DNA of 64,000 nt, taken from positions 834 to 64,833 of the forward strand of contig CAZEPW010000012.1 in assembly GCA_964514215.1 (NCBI GenBank), given 5' to 3'. The notes beneath the pieces were generated by a model. The model worked only from the letters and a program-made list of their open reading frames with translations. It ran no database searches and was not told where the DNA came from. This DNA comes from an uncultured Thioalkalispiraceae bacterium (GTDB taxonomy: Bacteria > Pseudomonadota > Gammaproteobacteria > UBA6429 > Thiohalophilaceae). Shown here one piece after another: positions 46,433-57,679 of this stretch. Position 1 is the first letter of the stretch. Each line of letters starts with the position of its first letter. The translations under genes were made by a program, and so were the position numbers.

Positions 46433-47701
46433 ATGAAAAATTCACTAAGCAACAAAAATATCGTATTGGGTGTTACAGGCAGCATCGCAGCTTATAAGGC
46501 GGCGGAAGTTATCCGTGAATTGCGTGAGCAAGGAGCCAATATTCGGGTTGTGATGACCTCGGGTGCGAAAGAATTCATTACTGAATTAACCTTGCAAACT
46601 TTATCCGGTCACCCGGTGTCAGTTAATTTTTTAGACAGTGATGCCGAAGCAACGATGGGGCATATTGAATTGGCTCGTTGGGCTGACACGATTTTAGTCG
46701 CTCCAGCGAGTGCTAATTTTTTATCGCAACTTGCTCAAGGACGCGCCAGTAGTTTGCTTTGCGCTATTTGTTTGGCAACTGAAGCGCCATTAGTCGTTGC
46801 CCCTGCGATGAATACCAAGATGTGGTTAGCCGCGGCGACGAAAGACAATATCAAATTATTACATCAGCGTGGTATTTTGTGTTTTGGTCCTGCCGATGGT
46901 GAGCAAGCTTGCGGCGAAGTTGGGCTTGGTCGTTTATTGGCTCCAGAGACCATTGTGACACAATTATCGGATTTATTTGATACCGGTAGTTTAGCCGGTA
47001 AAACGGTGTTAATTACGGCCGGTCCAACGCGCGAAGCCATCGATCCGGTGCGCTTTTTAAGCAATCATAGTTCGGGGAAAATGGGGTATGCGGTGGCTTT
47101 AGCGGCGATGGAAGCCGGTGCTCGGGTTAAGTTAATTAGTGGTCCGGTTGCCCTTGCAAGTCCCGATCGTGTTGAGCGAATTGATGTTACTTCGGCAGAA
47201 GAAATGCTCAACAAAGTGCAGCAGGAAATTATTGGTTGTGATATTTTTATTAGTGCTGCGGCGGTGTCTGATTACCGACCGATAGCGTTGAGCCATAATA
47301 AGATCAAAAAACAATCAAAACAGCTTAGCCTCGAATTAGAGCGCACCGTGGATATTTTGGCAACCATTAAACAACATTACCCAAATTTATTTTGTGTTGG
47401 TTTTGCTGCTGAAACACAGGAGCTAGCACAAAATGCCAAGTCCAAATTATTTAATAAAGGTGTTAATATGATTGCCGCAAATTGGGTTGGTGCAATTGCC
47501 GATGCTGCAAAAAGTGGCTTTAATAGCGATATGAATGCATTGCATTTATATTGGCAAGATGGTGATGTTGAATTAACGCTTACAAATAAAGGTAAATTGG
47601 CGCGCCAAATGATTACGGTGGTTGCCGAGCAATTTGCACGCTATGCAGCAAAAGCGGTTATTCCGGGTACAAAAATATTAAAATTTTCACAGGATTTATA
47701 A
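46433..47701 (+). CDS. coaBC: Bifunctional phosphopantothenoylcysteine decarboxylase/synthetase
   Basis: IVLGVTGSIAAYKA flavoprotein N-terminus and the C-terminal CoaB domain. The start could be at 46403, 46421 or 46433. Confidence 0.93.
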   Translation: MKNSLSNKNIVLGVTGSIAAYKAAEVIRELREQGANIRVVMTSGAKEFITELTLQTLSGHPVSVNFLDSDAEATMGHIELARWADTILVAPASANFLSQLAQGRASSLLCAICLATEAPLVVAPAMNTKMWLAAATKDNIKLLHQRGILCFGPADGEQACGEVGLGRLLAPETIVTQLSDLFDTGSLAGKTVLITAGPTREAIDPVRFLSNHSSGKMGYAVALAAMEAGARVKLISGPVALASPDRVERIDVTSAEEMLNKVQQEIIGCDIFISAAAVSDYRPIALSHNKIKKQSKQLSLELERTVDILATIKQHYPNLFCVGFAAETQELAQNAKSKLFNKGVNMIAANWVGAIADAAKSGFNSDMNALHLYWQDGDVELTLTNKGKLARQMITVVAEQFARYAAKAVIPGTKILKFSQDL

Positions 47702-47968
47702 TTCTGCTGAAAAAAAATAATCACTGTAGTAAATCTAATGCCATTAGAAAAATTAATAATGACAAAAACTCACATTGCGACTAGCTAATTAATGTTGCTT
47801 TTTCTATTATTAAGTCATGGATTTAATTAAAAATTTACAATAAAAACTAAAAAAACCTAAATCTATCTGCATTTTATGCCGATTACTTATAGAATCCCAA
47901 TTGGTATCGTATTGTGGTATCGCATCATGGCATCTGCTTGTGGTTTTTGAATAGGGATTAAATATAAA

Positions 47969-48424
47969 ATGAGAAAAATTGAATTAAAAATACTTGATAA
48001 ACGCATTGGCAATGATATTCCATTACCTGAACATGCGACATCCGGTTCGGCTGGAATGGATTTACGTGCCTGTCTGGATGGCGAGACAATCATCAATCCT
48101 GGTGAAACAATTTTAATACCAACGGGAATTGCAATTCACATTGCCGATCCTAATTTAGCGGCAGTGATTTTACCTCGCTCCGGTCTAGGTCATAAAAATG
48201 GTATTGTTTTAGGCAATTTGGTGGGCTTAATCGATTCGGATTATCAAGGACAGTTATTTGTGTCTTGTTGGAATCGCAGCACAATCCCTTTTACTATTGA
48301 GCTAGGCGCTCGAATTGCACAATTAGTGTTTGTGCCTATTGAGCAGGTTGAGCTTACATTAGTGGATGATTTTGATTTAAGTGATCGAGCCCATGGTGGT
48401 TTTGGTCATACCGGTACTAATTAA
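47969..48424 (+). CDS. dut: dUTP diphosphatase
   Basis: [23 protein letters not shown] and RGGFGHTG motifs. Confidence 0.97.
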   Translation: MRKIELKILDKRIGNDIPLPEHATSGSAGMDLRACLDGETIINPGETILIPTGIAIHIADPNLAAVILPRSGLGHKNGIVLGNLVGLIDSDYQGQLFVSCWNRSTIPFTIELGARIAQLVFVPIEQVELTLVDDFDLSDRAHGGFGHTGTN

Positions 48425-48464
48425 GACTGTAAATTAAGTAAACAAGATTATTAGGATTATTACA

Positions 48465-51122
48465 TTGGCGCGAAAACGGAAAACCAGACGTAAAAATACT
48501 CGAGTTAAAGGGCAGAGCATAAAGATAATTAGTGTTTATGCGTTTTTGTGTTTTGTGGTGACTTTAATATTTAGTAATTATATTAGCCAATATGGTTTAT
48601 TGTATGACGCTAGAGACTTTAGACAAAAATTTTTAGCAACTAAAGCTACAATTACGGCTACGTTATTGCAAACCAAAACTGCCGAGTACATCCATTTTCT
48701 GACGTTGATTTCTAAAGACGTATCGCTTCAGAATTTATTGATAAATCGAAAATGGCAACAAGTCAGATTACTTGAAAAAAAATATATAAATAAGTTTTCA
48801 GGCGTTTCTAGTATCAATTTTTTACCAAAAGGATATGATGTTTTAAATAATAAAGTAAACCCGAGTATTACTTACGCTTGTCTTGATTTAATCCACAAAG
48901 CAGAAAAAAATAAAGAAAAAACATTATTTGAACTACACGGATATAAATCTGCCCAGTCCCATATTGAAATTGTTTATCCAATATTGGGTAACAATGTAAA
49001 AAAAGTAATTGGCACAGTTCGTTTAACATTAAAAACCAGTTTATTAGATAAATGGTTGGGCGAGGTTAGTAATCGTACCTATTTAGAGCTGGTTCAAGAT
49101 GCGGGTAATAACCAATTAGTTGGAATAGCCAAGTCTAAGGATACTCAGTTTCAAGTCGGTAAGCCCATCAACGATGTCAAAATCCCCGGTACGCGCTGGC
49201 ATTTAAAAATTTGGTTAGCGTCAGAATCGGAGCCATCGATTTTAAATATGTTTACACTCATCGTTATTATCGTGAGTATCATCATTGCAGGAATAACAAT
49301 TTATTTAATCACGATTAGTTTTGGACGGACGATAAAGTTAGATTTGGACACCTTTATGCAATTAGTAGCTGCTGTGGCCAAAGGTAAAAAAAATCACGAT
49401 TTTAAATTGCATCTAAAAGAATTTAAAGAAGCCGCGCTTAATGTTAATAATCTGGCAAGTTATGAAGAAATGGGGCGTGAGCGTGATGATGATTCTGAAA
49501 ATATTGATACTAACTCAGTAATAACTGATGATGAAACCACCAATCCGTTATTTATTGCCGAAGATTCGATGACTCTAGAAGTATTAGATTCTGATTCAGA
49601 GATATTAAAAAATATTGACTCAGATTTAAGCAAACCAAATTCTACCAAAACTGCAACTCAAGGAAATTCAGTGAACGAGAAACTACCCGCGACGTCAGGA
49701 GTCAGTGATACTCCTGCTGATTTTTCTGCCTCATTACCGGATGAAACAGCGGCTTTACCACCTGAAATATTTAAGGCATATGATATTCGAGGAATTGTCG
49801 GCACGACCCTAACCAAAGAAAACATACAACTCATTGGACGGGCAATAGGTACACAGGCGATATCAAAAGGCCAAACTAAAATTGCGTTTGCGCGTGATGG
49901 TCGACTCTCTGGACCTGAATTAGGTGCAGCCTTGGTTAAGGGATTACGTTCAGCAGGAATAAATGTAATTGATATTGGAATGGTGCCAACACCATTGCTT
50001 TATTTTGTGGCAACAACGGCAACCAATGGCACCGGTGTGATGCTTACCGGCAGTCATAATCCACCGAATTATAATGGCGTGAAAATGATGATAGCAGGTG
50101 ACACCTTATCGGGAGATGCCATTAAAGCTCTGTATCAACGAATTATCGATAAAGATTTTGTCAGTGGTGAAGGCAGTTATGACACGGCTTCTGTAAATGA
50201 TACTTATCTTAAACGTGTTACCGATGATGTGAAAATGTCAAGAAAGCTTCGAGTGGTGATTGATTGTGGTAATGGTGTGGCTGGTGTTATCGCTCCTGAT
50301 TTATACCGTAAAATGGGCTGTGATGTAGTTGAACTATTTTGTGATGTTGATGGTAAATTTCCTAATCATCACCCGGATCCAAGCCAGCCAAAAAATTTAA
50401 CGCATTTAATTGAAGCGGTTAAAACTCAAAAAGCCGATATTGGTTTTGCTTTTGATGGTGATGGTGATCGCCTTGGTGTTATTAGTGGTGATGGTAACGT
50501 GATTTGGCCTGATCGGTTAATGATGTTATTTGCCAGCGATGTATTAACGCGTGAAGCTGGCGCTAAAATTATATTTGACGTTAAATGTACCAGTAACCTA
50601 ACTAAACATATTTGGGAAAAAGGCGGTGAGCCTTTAATGTGGAAAACCGGGCATTCATTTATAAAAGCCAAATTAAAAGAAAGCGGCGCAATGCTTGCTG
50701 GTGAAATGAGTGGCCATATTTTCTTTAAAGAACGGTGGTATGGTTTTGATGATGCGCTATATTCTGGTGCGCGGTTATTGGAAATTTTATCGAAAGACAC
50801 GCGTAAACCAAAAGTTGTTTTAGCGGAGATTCCCAATATGGTGAATACACCCGAGATACATTTAAAAATGGCCGAGGGTGAGCATCATGCCTTTATGGAA
50901 AAATTATACGATAGTGCCGATTTTGGTAGTGCTAATATCTTAATGATTGATGGTATTCGGGCAGATTATGAAGATGGTTGGGGATTGGTTCGCGCCTCAA
51001 ATACCACACCGACGTTGGTATTCCGATTTGAAGGTAAAGATCAAGCTGCCTTAGAACGTATTCAGAAACAATTTAAACAACAAGTATTAGCCGTTAATCC
51101 AAACCTTAAAACACCATTTTAA
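48465..51122 (+). CDS. algC: Phosphomannomutase/phosphoglucomutase fused to a roughly 430-aa N-terminal two-TM membrane domain
   Basis: C-terminal 450 aa carry YDIRG, TGSHNPPNYNG, FDGDGDR and GEMSGH. The N-terminus has TM helices near aa 22-44 and 262-288 flanking a periplasmic-type domain, followed by an acidic linker. Context is dut-algC-argB, as in Pseudomonas. Confidence 0.9.
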   Translation: MARKRKTRRKNTRVKGQSIKIISVYAFLCFVVTLIFSNYISQYGLLYDARDFRQKFLATKATITATLLQTKTAEYIHFLTLISKDVSLQNLLINRKWQQVRLLEKKYINKFSGVSSINFLPKGYDVLNNKVNPSITYACLDLIHKAEKNKEKTLFELHGYKSAQSHIEIVYPILGNNVKKVIGTVRLTLKTSLLDKWLGEVSNRTYLELVQDAGNNQLVGIAKSKDTQFQVGKPINDVKIPGTRWHLKIWLASESEPSILNMFTLIVIIVSIIIAGITIYLITISFGRTIKLDLDTFMQLVAAVAKGKKNHDFKLHLKEFKEAALNVNNLASYEEMGRERDDDSENIDTNSVITDDETTNPLFIAEDSMTLEVLDSDSEILKNIDSDLSKPNSTKTATQGNSVNEKLPATSGVSDTPADFSASLPDETAALPPEIFKAYDIRGIVGTTLTKENIQLIGRAIGTQAISKGQTKIAFARDGRLSGPELGAALVKGLRSAGINVIDIGMVPTPLLYFVATTATNGTGVMLTGSHNPPNYNGVKMMIAGDTLSGDAIKALYQRIIDKDFVSGEGSYDTASVNDTYLKRVTDDVKMSRKLRVVIDCGNGVAGVIAPDLYRKMGCDVVELFCDVDGKFPNHHPDPSQPKNLTHLIEAVKTQKADIGFAFDGDGDRLGVISGDGNVIWPDRLMMLFASDVLTREAGAKIIFDVKCTSNLTKHIWEKGGEPLMWKTGHSFIKAKLKESGAMLAGEMSGHIFFKERWYGFDDALYSGARLLEILSKDTRKPKVVLAEIPNMVNTPEIHLKMAEGEHHAFMEKLYDSADFGSANILMIDGIRADYEDGWGLVRASNTTPTLVFRFEGKDQAALERIQKQFKQQVLAVNPNLKTPF

Positions 51123-51268
51123 GTATTAAAATAATAGTTATTTTTTAGCAAAAAGCTCAAATGCGTTGAATTTTTTTAAATCAACGTATTTGATCTTTAT
51201 CATGTCTTGGTCAACTAATCCATATATATTAATATTTTATTTTTTTACTTTATTGCATAGACGTATAG

Positions 51269-52195
<927 letters not shown>

Positions 52196-52278
52196 CAAAA
52201 TAAAGTAATAAATAAAGTAATTAAGTAAGAAAATAATAATATTAAAACGACAATTATAACAATAAAGTTTGAAATAAT

Positions 52279-52887
52279 ATGAATAAAAAAATTAGTAGAC
52301 GTGATCAAATCCTCCAAGCACTAGCAAGAGAGCTTGAACTCCATCCTGGTGAACGCATTACCACAGCCGCATTAGCAAAATCCGTTGGTGTGTCTGAAGC
52401 TGCTTTATATCGACACTTTCCAAGTAAGGCCAAAATGTTTGAAGGCTTAATCGAATTTATTGAAGAATCGGTGTTTGGACTAATCAATCGAATCATGCAA
52501 GAAGAAAGTCATTCGGTAAAACGTTGTGAAAAAATCTTAATATTGATTTTAGGTTTTGCTGAACGTAACCCGGGTATAACCCGTATACTTGTTGGTGATG
52601 CGCTGATTGGTGAAAACGAACGTTTGCGTAGTCGTCTAAGCCAGTTTTACGATCGAATTGAAACGCAGTTGCGGCAAATATTACGTGAAGGTGAAATGAA
52701 GCAACAACTTAACCCTACAACACCAATATCGTCAATCGCAAATATGTTTTTGGCAATTGTTGAAGGACGTTTGAATCAATTTGTTCGAAGTACATTTGAA
52801 CGCAAGCCGTTACTGATGTGGGACGATCAATGGGGATTATTACAGGAAAATTTAAATTCTAAAATAGATTTGGGTGTCGAAGTATAA
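52279..52887 (+). CDS. slmA: Nucleoid occlusion factor SlmA (TetR family)
   Basis: RRDQILQALARELE...ITTAALAKSVGVSEAALYRHFPSKAKMFEGLIEFIE. Confidence 0.88.
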   Translation: MNKKISRRDQILQALARELELHPGERITTAALAKSVGVSEAALYRHFPSKAKMFEGLIEFIEESVFGLINRIMQEESHSVKRCEKILILILGFAERNPGITRILVGDALIGENERLRSRLSQFYDRIETQLRQILREGEMKQQLNPTTPISSIANMFLAIVEGRLNQFVRSTFERKPLLMWDDQWGLLQENLNSKIDLGVEV

Positions 52888-52892
52888 TTTTG

Positions 52893-53513
52893 TTAGCGTC
52901 GTTTTTGTTGTGACTTTAAATACCGAAATCGCTCTAAATTAAATTTGTAAGATTTTTTAATTTTTGCAATTTCTAATTTTCTTTTTTCAATATTACGATT
53001 GTTATAGAGAATTTGAGCGTCGCTATTCTTAATATCTTCAATAAGCGACTTAGGCAGTTTTTTACCGCTGCGTTCAAAATCACCAGCTCGTTCGCGCAAG
53101 GTTCTTAAATTATATTGCACATTGTTATTATTGCTTTGGGTAATATCAATTAAACTTTGCACGGCTGTTAGACGATTATCGCGCGCGATAATTAGGTCGC
53201 GTTCGGTGGTGAATGTGCGGAGTAATAAACGGTCTTTACGTTTACGCTCGGCTATTTTGGCCAGCTTTTTTTTATGCCTAGCCTCTTCGGCCAATTCTTC
53301 GGCATTTTTTGGGGCCGCGATTACTCGTACAACAACACCATTTTTGTTTAAAATTTCGATTCGCGTTTCTCGGTATGCATTCGGCACTTGGTAGCCACAT
53401 TCGCGAACACCTTGTTTCGTTTTCCAACACTTAATGCCGGCATAAACTGGATTAGCAAAGATGAATGCAGCAACCAGTAAAACTAATTTAGAGAATTGCA
53501 ATAGTTGAATCAT
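52893..53513 (-). CDS. DUF4124-like secreted protein with basic coiled coil
   Basis: Signal peptide, CWKTKQGVRECGYQVPNAY segment, then a K/R-rich helical region. Confidence 0.5.
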   Translation of the reverse strand: MIQLLQFSKLVLLVAAFIFANPVYAGIKCWKTKQGVRECGYQVPNAYRETRIEILNKNGVVVRVIAAPKNAEELAEEARHKKKLAKIAERKRKDRLLLRTFTTERDLIIARDNRLTAVQSLIDITQSNNNNVQYNLRTLRERAGDFERSGKKLPKSLIEDIKNSDAQILYNNRNIEKRKLEIAKIKKSYKFNLERFRYLKSQQKRR

Positions 53514-53600
53514 ATATAAACATTGTGTTTTAAAGCGTTATGTTTGAGTATAAATTATATCGTTTAATATAGTACCTAGTTTTGTTTTAAAGAGTGAATT

Positions 53601-54350
53601 TTGTTAGATTATTTCATACTATTTGTCATATCAGTTACTGCTAATGCCTTTTCAGCGTTTGCTGGTGGTGGTGCGGGTTTATTTCAATTACCCGCGTTAC
53701 TGTTTCTTGGTGCTACCTTTAGCATGGCGCTGGCAACACATAAATTAGCCAGCGTTGCACTTGGGATTGGCGCATCAATCCGACATTACCGTGAGTCGCA
53801 ATTAAATCGTCGCTATATTACGATAATCTTAATCAGCGGTTTACCGGGCGTTTTTATTGGCGCCAATATCGTGTTGTCTATCCCAGATCGATACGCAGAA
53901 ATTTCTCTAGGTATTCTCACACTATTTTTAGGGATATATTCACGATTTAACGCAAAACTCGGGCAACAGCAATTATTGCAACCACTCGATAGCTATAGAG
54001 TTATTATCGGCATGTTACTGCTAATGTTTATCGGGATTTTAAATGGTTCGTTAACGTCTGGCACTGGATTGTTTGTCACCATCTGGTTGGTAAAGTGGTT
54101 TGGGTTTGATTATAAGCATGCAGTTGCATATACCTTGATTTTAGTTGGTTTATTTTGGAATGGCTTTGGTGCATTGACACTGGGTCTACAAACGCCGATT
54201 ATTTGGGAATGGGTGCCGGCATTATTGCTGGGTTCACTGTTGGGCGGTTATATTGGAGCGCACTTGAGTTTACGCCAAGGTAATAAGTGGATAAAAATCG
54301 TTTTTGAAGTGCTGAGTATTGCTGTTGGCATTAAATTAATTGTTGGCTAA
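53601..54350 (+). CDS. TSUP (TauE/SafE) family anion exporter
   Basis: 249 aa with 7-8 TM helices and Gly-rich repeats. TTG start. Confidence 0.8.
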   Translation: MLDYFILFVISVTANAFSAFAGGGAGLFQLPALLFLGATFSMALATHKLASVALGIGASIRHYRESQLNRRYITIILISGLPGVFIGANIVLSIPDRYAEISLGILTLFLGIYSRFNAKLGQQQLLQPLDSYRVIIGMLLLMFIGILNGSLTSGTGLFVTIWLVKWFGFDYKHAVAYTLILVGLFWNGFGALTLGLQTPIIWEWVPALLLGSLLGGYIGAHLSLRQGNKWIKIVFEVLSIAVGIKLIVG

Positions 54351-54411
54351 CAAGTTTGAAGGTTCAGGTTAGTAATAAAATTTCGTGCTGATAGATATTT
54401 GGTGGGAGAAT

Positions 54412-54562
54412 CTTGAGATTCCCGCTAAGATCACGCGGGAATGACCGTTTGTCATAAGCTGAGGCTTGTATCGTAATAATGGTTATTTTTTAAAAACTAA
54501 ACTTCAAAATAACCATCATTCCGGTAATATTTTGAGCCGGAATCTAGAGTTAAAACCTCAAG
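54412..54562 (-). repeat. Full-length MITE-like repeat with hairpin-containing terminal inverted repeats
   Basis: The left end is CTTGAGATTCCCGCtaagatcacGCGGGAATGAcc. The reverse complement of the right end is CTTGAGgttttaactctAGATTCCGGctcaaaatattaCCGGAATGAtg. The core at 54451..54562 matches 27825..27936 in the opposite orientation. Confidence 0.7.
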
Positions 54563-54614
54563 ATTATAGGCTCACGTTAATATTTTTTATACAGATCTGG
54601 GCTTAACTAGCAAT

Positions 54615-55259
54615 TTAGTTCACACCATATTGCTCGCGATAAGCTTCGATTGCCTGTAGTTGCTGCTTGTTATCACCGTGCTTGGCGAGATATTCAATTA
54701 AATCCGTCAGGCTGATAATATTGATCACTGGGATATTATAACTTTGCTCAACTTCCTGAATGGCTGATAATTTATCTTGGCCGCGTTCTTGGCGATCCAT
54801 TGAAATTACCACACCGGCAACCGTGGCACTTTCATCTTGGATGATCGAAATGGATTCACGTACAGCCGTTCCTGCGGAAATGACATCATCAATAATCAAA
54901 ATATTGCCAGTAAGTGGCGCGCCCACAATCGAGCCACCTTCGCCGTGGGTTTTGGCTTCTTTGCGGTTGAAACTGTAAAACACATTTTGTTCATGCACCG
55001 CGTGTAGCGCCGCAGCACAACTACAGGCCAAAGGAATACCCTTATAAGCAGGGCCAAAAATAACATCAAATTGAATACCCGATTCGACGATTGCAGCAGC
55101 ATAATAAATGCCTAATTTGTGAAGCGCTTCTCCAGTGTTAAATAAACCGGTATTAAAAAAATAAGGGCTGACCCGTCCTGATTTTAAGGTGAATTCACCA
55201 AAGCGTAAAACATTGAACGATAGCGCAAATTCAATAAATTCTTTCTTGTAAGCTTGCAT
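54615..55259 (-). CDS. pyrE: Orotate phosphoribosyltransferase
   Basis: 214 aa with the PRPP loop [13 protein letters not shown]. Confidence 0.96.
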   Translation of the reverse strand: MQAYKKEFIEFALSFNVLRFGEFTLKSGRVSPYFFNTGLFNTGEALHKLGIYYAAAIVESGIQFDVIFGPAYKGIPLACSCAAALHAVHEQNVFYSFNRKEAKTHGEGGSIVGAPLTGNILIIDDVISAGTAVRESISIIQDESATVAGVVISMDRQERGQDKLSAIQEVEQSYNIPVINIISLTDLIEYLAKHGDNKQQLQAIEAYREQYGVN

Positions 55260-55336
55260 AAGGAATAAACCTAGTTACTAAGTGAGTTGATATTTGGTGT
55301 ATGATACACCTTATTATAATGATACGGGTCAAATCA

Positions 55337-56110
55337 ATGCGGATTATCACAGCAAATGTAAATGGTATTCGAGCTGCAAATAAAAAAGGTTTTTTTGAAT
55401 GGCTAGCAAAACAAAAAGCCGATGTAGTTTGTATCCAAGAAACCAAAGCACAAGAACACCAGCTGGAGGATCCGGCCTTTCATCCCAAAGGTTATCACTG
55501 TTATTATTTTGATGCTGTTAAAAAAGGCTATAGTGGAGTTGCGCTCTATTGTAAAACTAAGCCCGATAAAATAACCCGGGGTTTGGGTTGGGAACATTGC
55601 GATACTGAAGGGCGCTATATTCAAGCCGATTTTGGAAAACTCAGTATTGCATCACTCTATTTGCCATCAGGTTCATCCAGCGAAGAACGTCATGCGAATA
55701 AGCTCGATTTTATGGATCGGTTAATGGACGTTTTAAAAGCGTTCCGTCGTAAAAAACGTGAATATATTATCTGCGGTGATTGGAATATTATTCACAAAGA
55801 AATTGATATTAAAAATTTCAAAGGTAATTTAAAAAATTCGGGTGTGACCCAAGTTGAACGCGAATGGTTAGACACGTTATTCGGTGCGCGCGGTTATATT
55901 GACAGCTTCCGTGAAATAAATACCAAAGCCGATGAATATACCTGGTGGTCAAATCGTGGTCAGGCGAGAGCAAATAATGTTGGTTGGCGCATCGATTATC
56001 AAGTTGCGACACCTGTCGTTGGTATTACCGCGAAAAAAACCTCAACCTATAAAGAAAATTGGTTTTCGGATCATGCGCCATTAACCATTGATTACGATTA
56101 TCCCATTTAA
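55337..56110 (+). CDS. xthA: Exodeoxyribonuclease III
   Basis: MRIITANVNGIRAA start and QETK, GDWN and SDHAPL motifs. The track ORF starts 12 codons upstream. Confidence 0.93.
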   Translation: MRIITANVNGIRAANKKGFFEWLAKQKADVVCIQETKAQEHQLEDPAFHPKGYHCYYFDAVKKGYSGVALYCKTKPDKITRGLGWEHCDTEGRYIQADFGKLSIASLYLPSGSSSEERHANKLDFMDRLMDVLKAFRRKKREYIICGDWNIIHKEIDIKNFKGNLKNSGVTQVEREWLDTLFGARGYIDSFREINTKADEYTWWSNRGQARANNVGWRIDYQVATPVVGITAKKTSTYKENWFSDHAPLTIDYDYPI

Positions 56111-56128
56111 TAACTAGAATATATTATT

Positions 56129-57679
56129 ATGACTGAACAAACACCAATAAGCCAACATAGTTGGCACGAAGCCTTGCTTACCTATTTTAGGCCAAAAGTT
56201 GTGGTCATGTTATTTTTGGGTTTTTCAGCTGGCTTACCGTTATTACTTATTTTTTCGTCATTGTCGATTTGGCTGCGCGAAGCCGGTGTGGCGCGTTCTG
56301 AAGTTACCTACTTTAGTCTGGCGGCGTTAGCGTTTTCGTTTAAATTTATTTGGGCGCCGTTAATTGATAAACTGCCATTACCGATTTTAGTATCACTTAT
56401 GGGTAGACGACGCAGCTGGTTATTAGTCTCGCAGCTAGCCATTGCATTGTCGATAATATCAATAGCACGGGTTGATCCGGCATATGGTTTACAAAGCATG
56501 GCTTTTGCTGTTGTCGCCTTGGGTTTTTCGGCAGCAACACAAGACATCGTGATTGATGCCTATCGCATTGAAGCAGCCGATGCGGACAACCAAGCTGCGA
56601 TGTCAGCAATTTACATCGCGGGTTATCGTATTGGCATGGTCGTGTCGGGAGCCGGTTCATTGATTATTGCAGCGAAGCTTGCAACTGAACAAGGTAGTGA
56701 GGTTATATATGATTATGCTGCCTGGCAATACACCTATCTTATTATGTCCGGTTTTACTTTAGTTGGCATCATCACAACACTATTGATTAAAGAACCACAA
56801 CAAATTAAAGATGGCAGTAAATACATTCACAGCTTATTGGATTATGTTCGCTTTATATTTTTATTTGGTATTTTTGTCAGTACTTTTATTGTGTGTTACG
56901 TGTATTTTAAAAGTTTTGGCATAAATTATTTCAGTGGTTTTATATTTGAATCCATTCGTTTATTATTTTCATTATTCGTGGCCGTGTTAGTGGCATACAG
57001 TTTAGTGCTAATGAAAATTATTAACCGCAATATGGTTTACACCACCTATGTTGAGCCTTTATACGATTTTTATCAGCGTTATAAAAATACATTCTTTTTT
57101 ATCATTTTGCTTATTGGCTTATATCGCGTTTCCGATATCGTACTCGGCACAATAGCTAATATATTTTATACTGATTTAGGGTTTAGCAAAGAACAGATAG
57201 GCTACACCTCAAAAACCTTTGGCTTAATCATGACTATCGTCGGTGGTTTTGCTGGTGGTATTCTTAGTGTCCGATATGGCGTGAATCGCATACTATTATT
57301 AGGGGCGGTGTTATCCGCCTTAACCAATTTATTATTTATCTATTTAGCATCGGTTGGTCATGATATTTGGGCATTAACGATTGTAATCGCGGCCGATAAT
57401 TTAAGTGCCGGTTTAGCGATGGCCGCTTTTGTGGCGTATTTATCCAGCCTAACCAGTTTGTCATTCACGGCAACGCAATACGCCATTTTTAGTTCATTAA
57501 TGACCTTGCTGCCTAAAACGCTAAGTGCTTATTCCGGGACGGTTGTTGAACAAGTGGGTTACACCTGGTTTTTTATTGGCACCACCATTATTGGCTTGCC
57601 CGTTATTGCATTAATTTTCTATTTAATTTTAAAACAACAAAAACTATCTTCGAATAATAATTCTGTAGTGAATGAGTAA
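56129..57679 (+). CDS. ampG: AmpG-family muropeptide MFS permease
   Basis: FLGFSAGLPLLLIFSSLSIWLREAG N-terminus and about 14 TM helices. Confidence 0.85.
   Translation: MTEQTPISQHSWHEALLTYFRPKVVVMLFLGFSAGLPLLLIFSSLSIWLREAGVARSEVTYFSLAALAFSFKFIWAPLIDKLPLPILVSLMGRRRSWLLVSQLAIALSIISIARVDPAYGLQSMAFAVVALGFSAATQDIVIDAYRIEAADADNQAAMSAIYIAGYRIGMVVSGAGSLIIAAKLATEQGSEVIYDYAAWQYTYLIMSGFTLVGIITTLLIKEPQQIKDGSKYIHSLLDYVRFIFLFGIFVSTFIVCYVYFKSFGINYFSGFIFESIRLLFSLFVAVLVAYSLVLMKIINRNMVYTTYVEPLYDFYQRYKNTFFFIILLIGLYRVSDIVLGTIANIFYTDLGFSKEQIGYTSKTFGLIMTIVGGFAGGILSVRYGVNRILLLGAVLSALTNLLFIYLASVGHDIWALTIVIAADNLSAGLAMAAFVAYLSSLTSLSFTATQYAIFSSLMTLLPKTLSAYSGTVVEQVGYTWFFIGTTIIGLPVIALIFYLILKQQKLSSNNNSVVNE

Noticed and set aside
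50426-50836. 136-aa minus-strand ORF
   Set aside because: It is antisense within the well-supported phosphomannomutase domain of algC.
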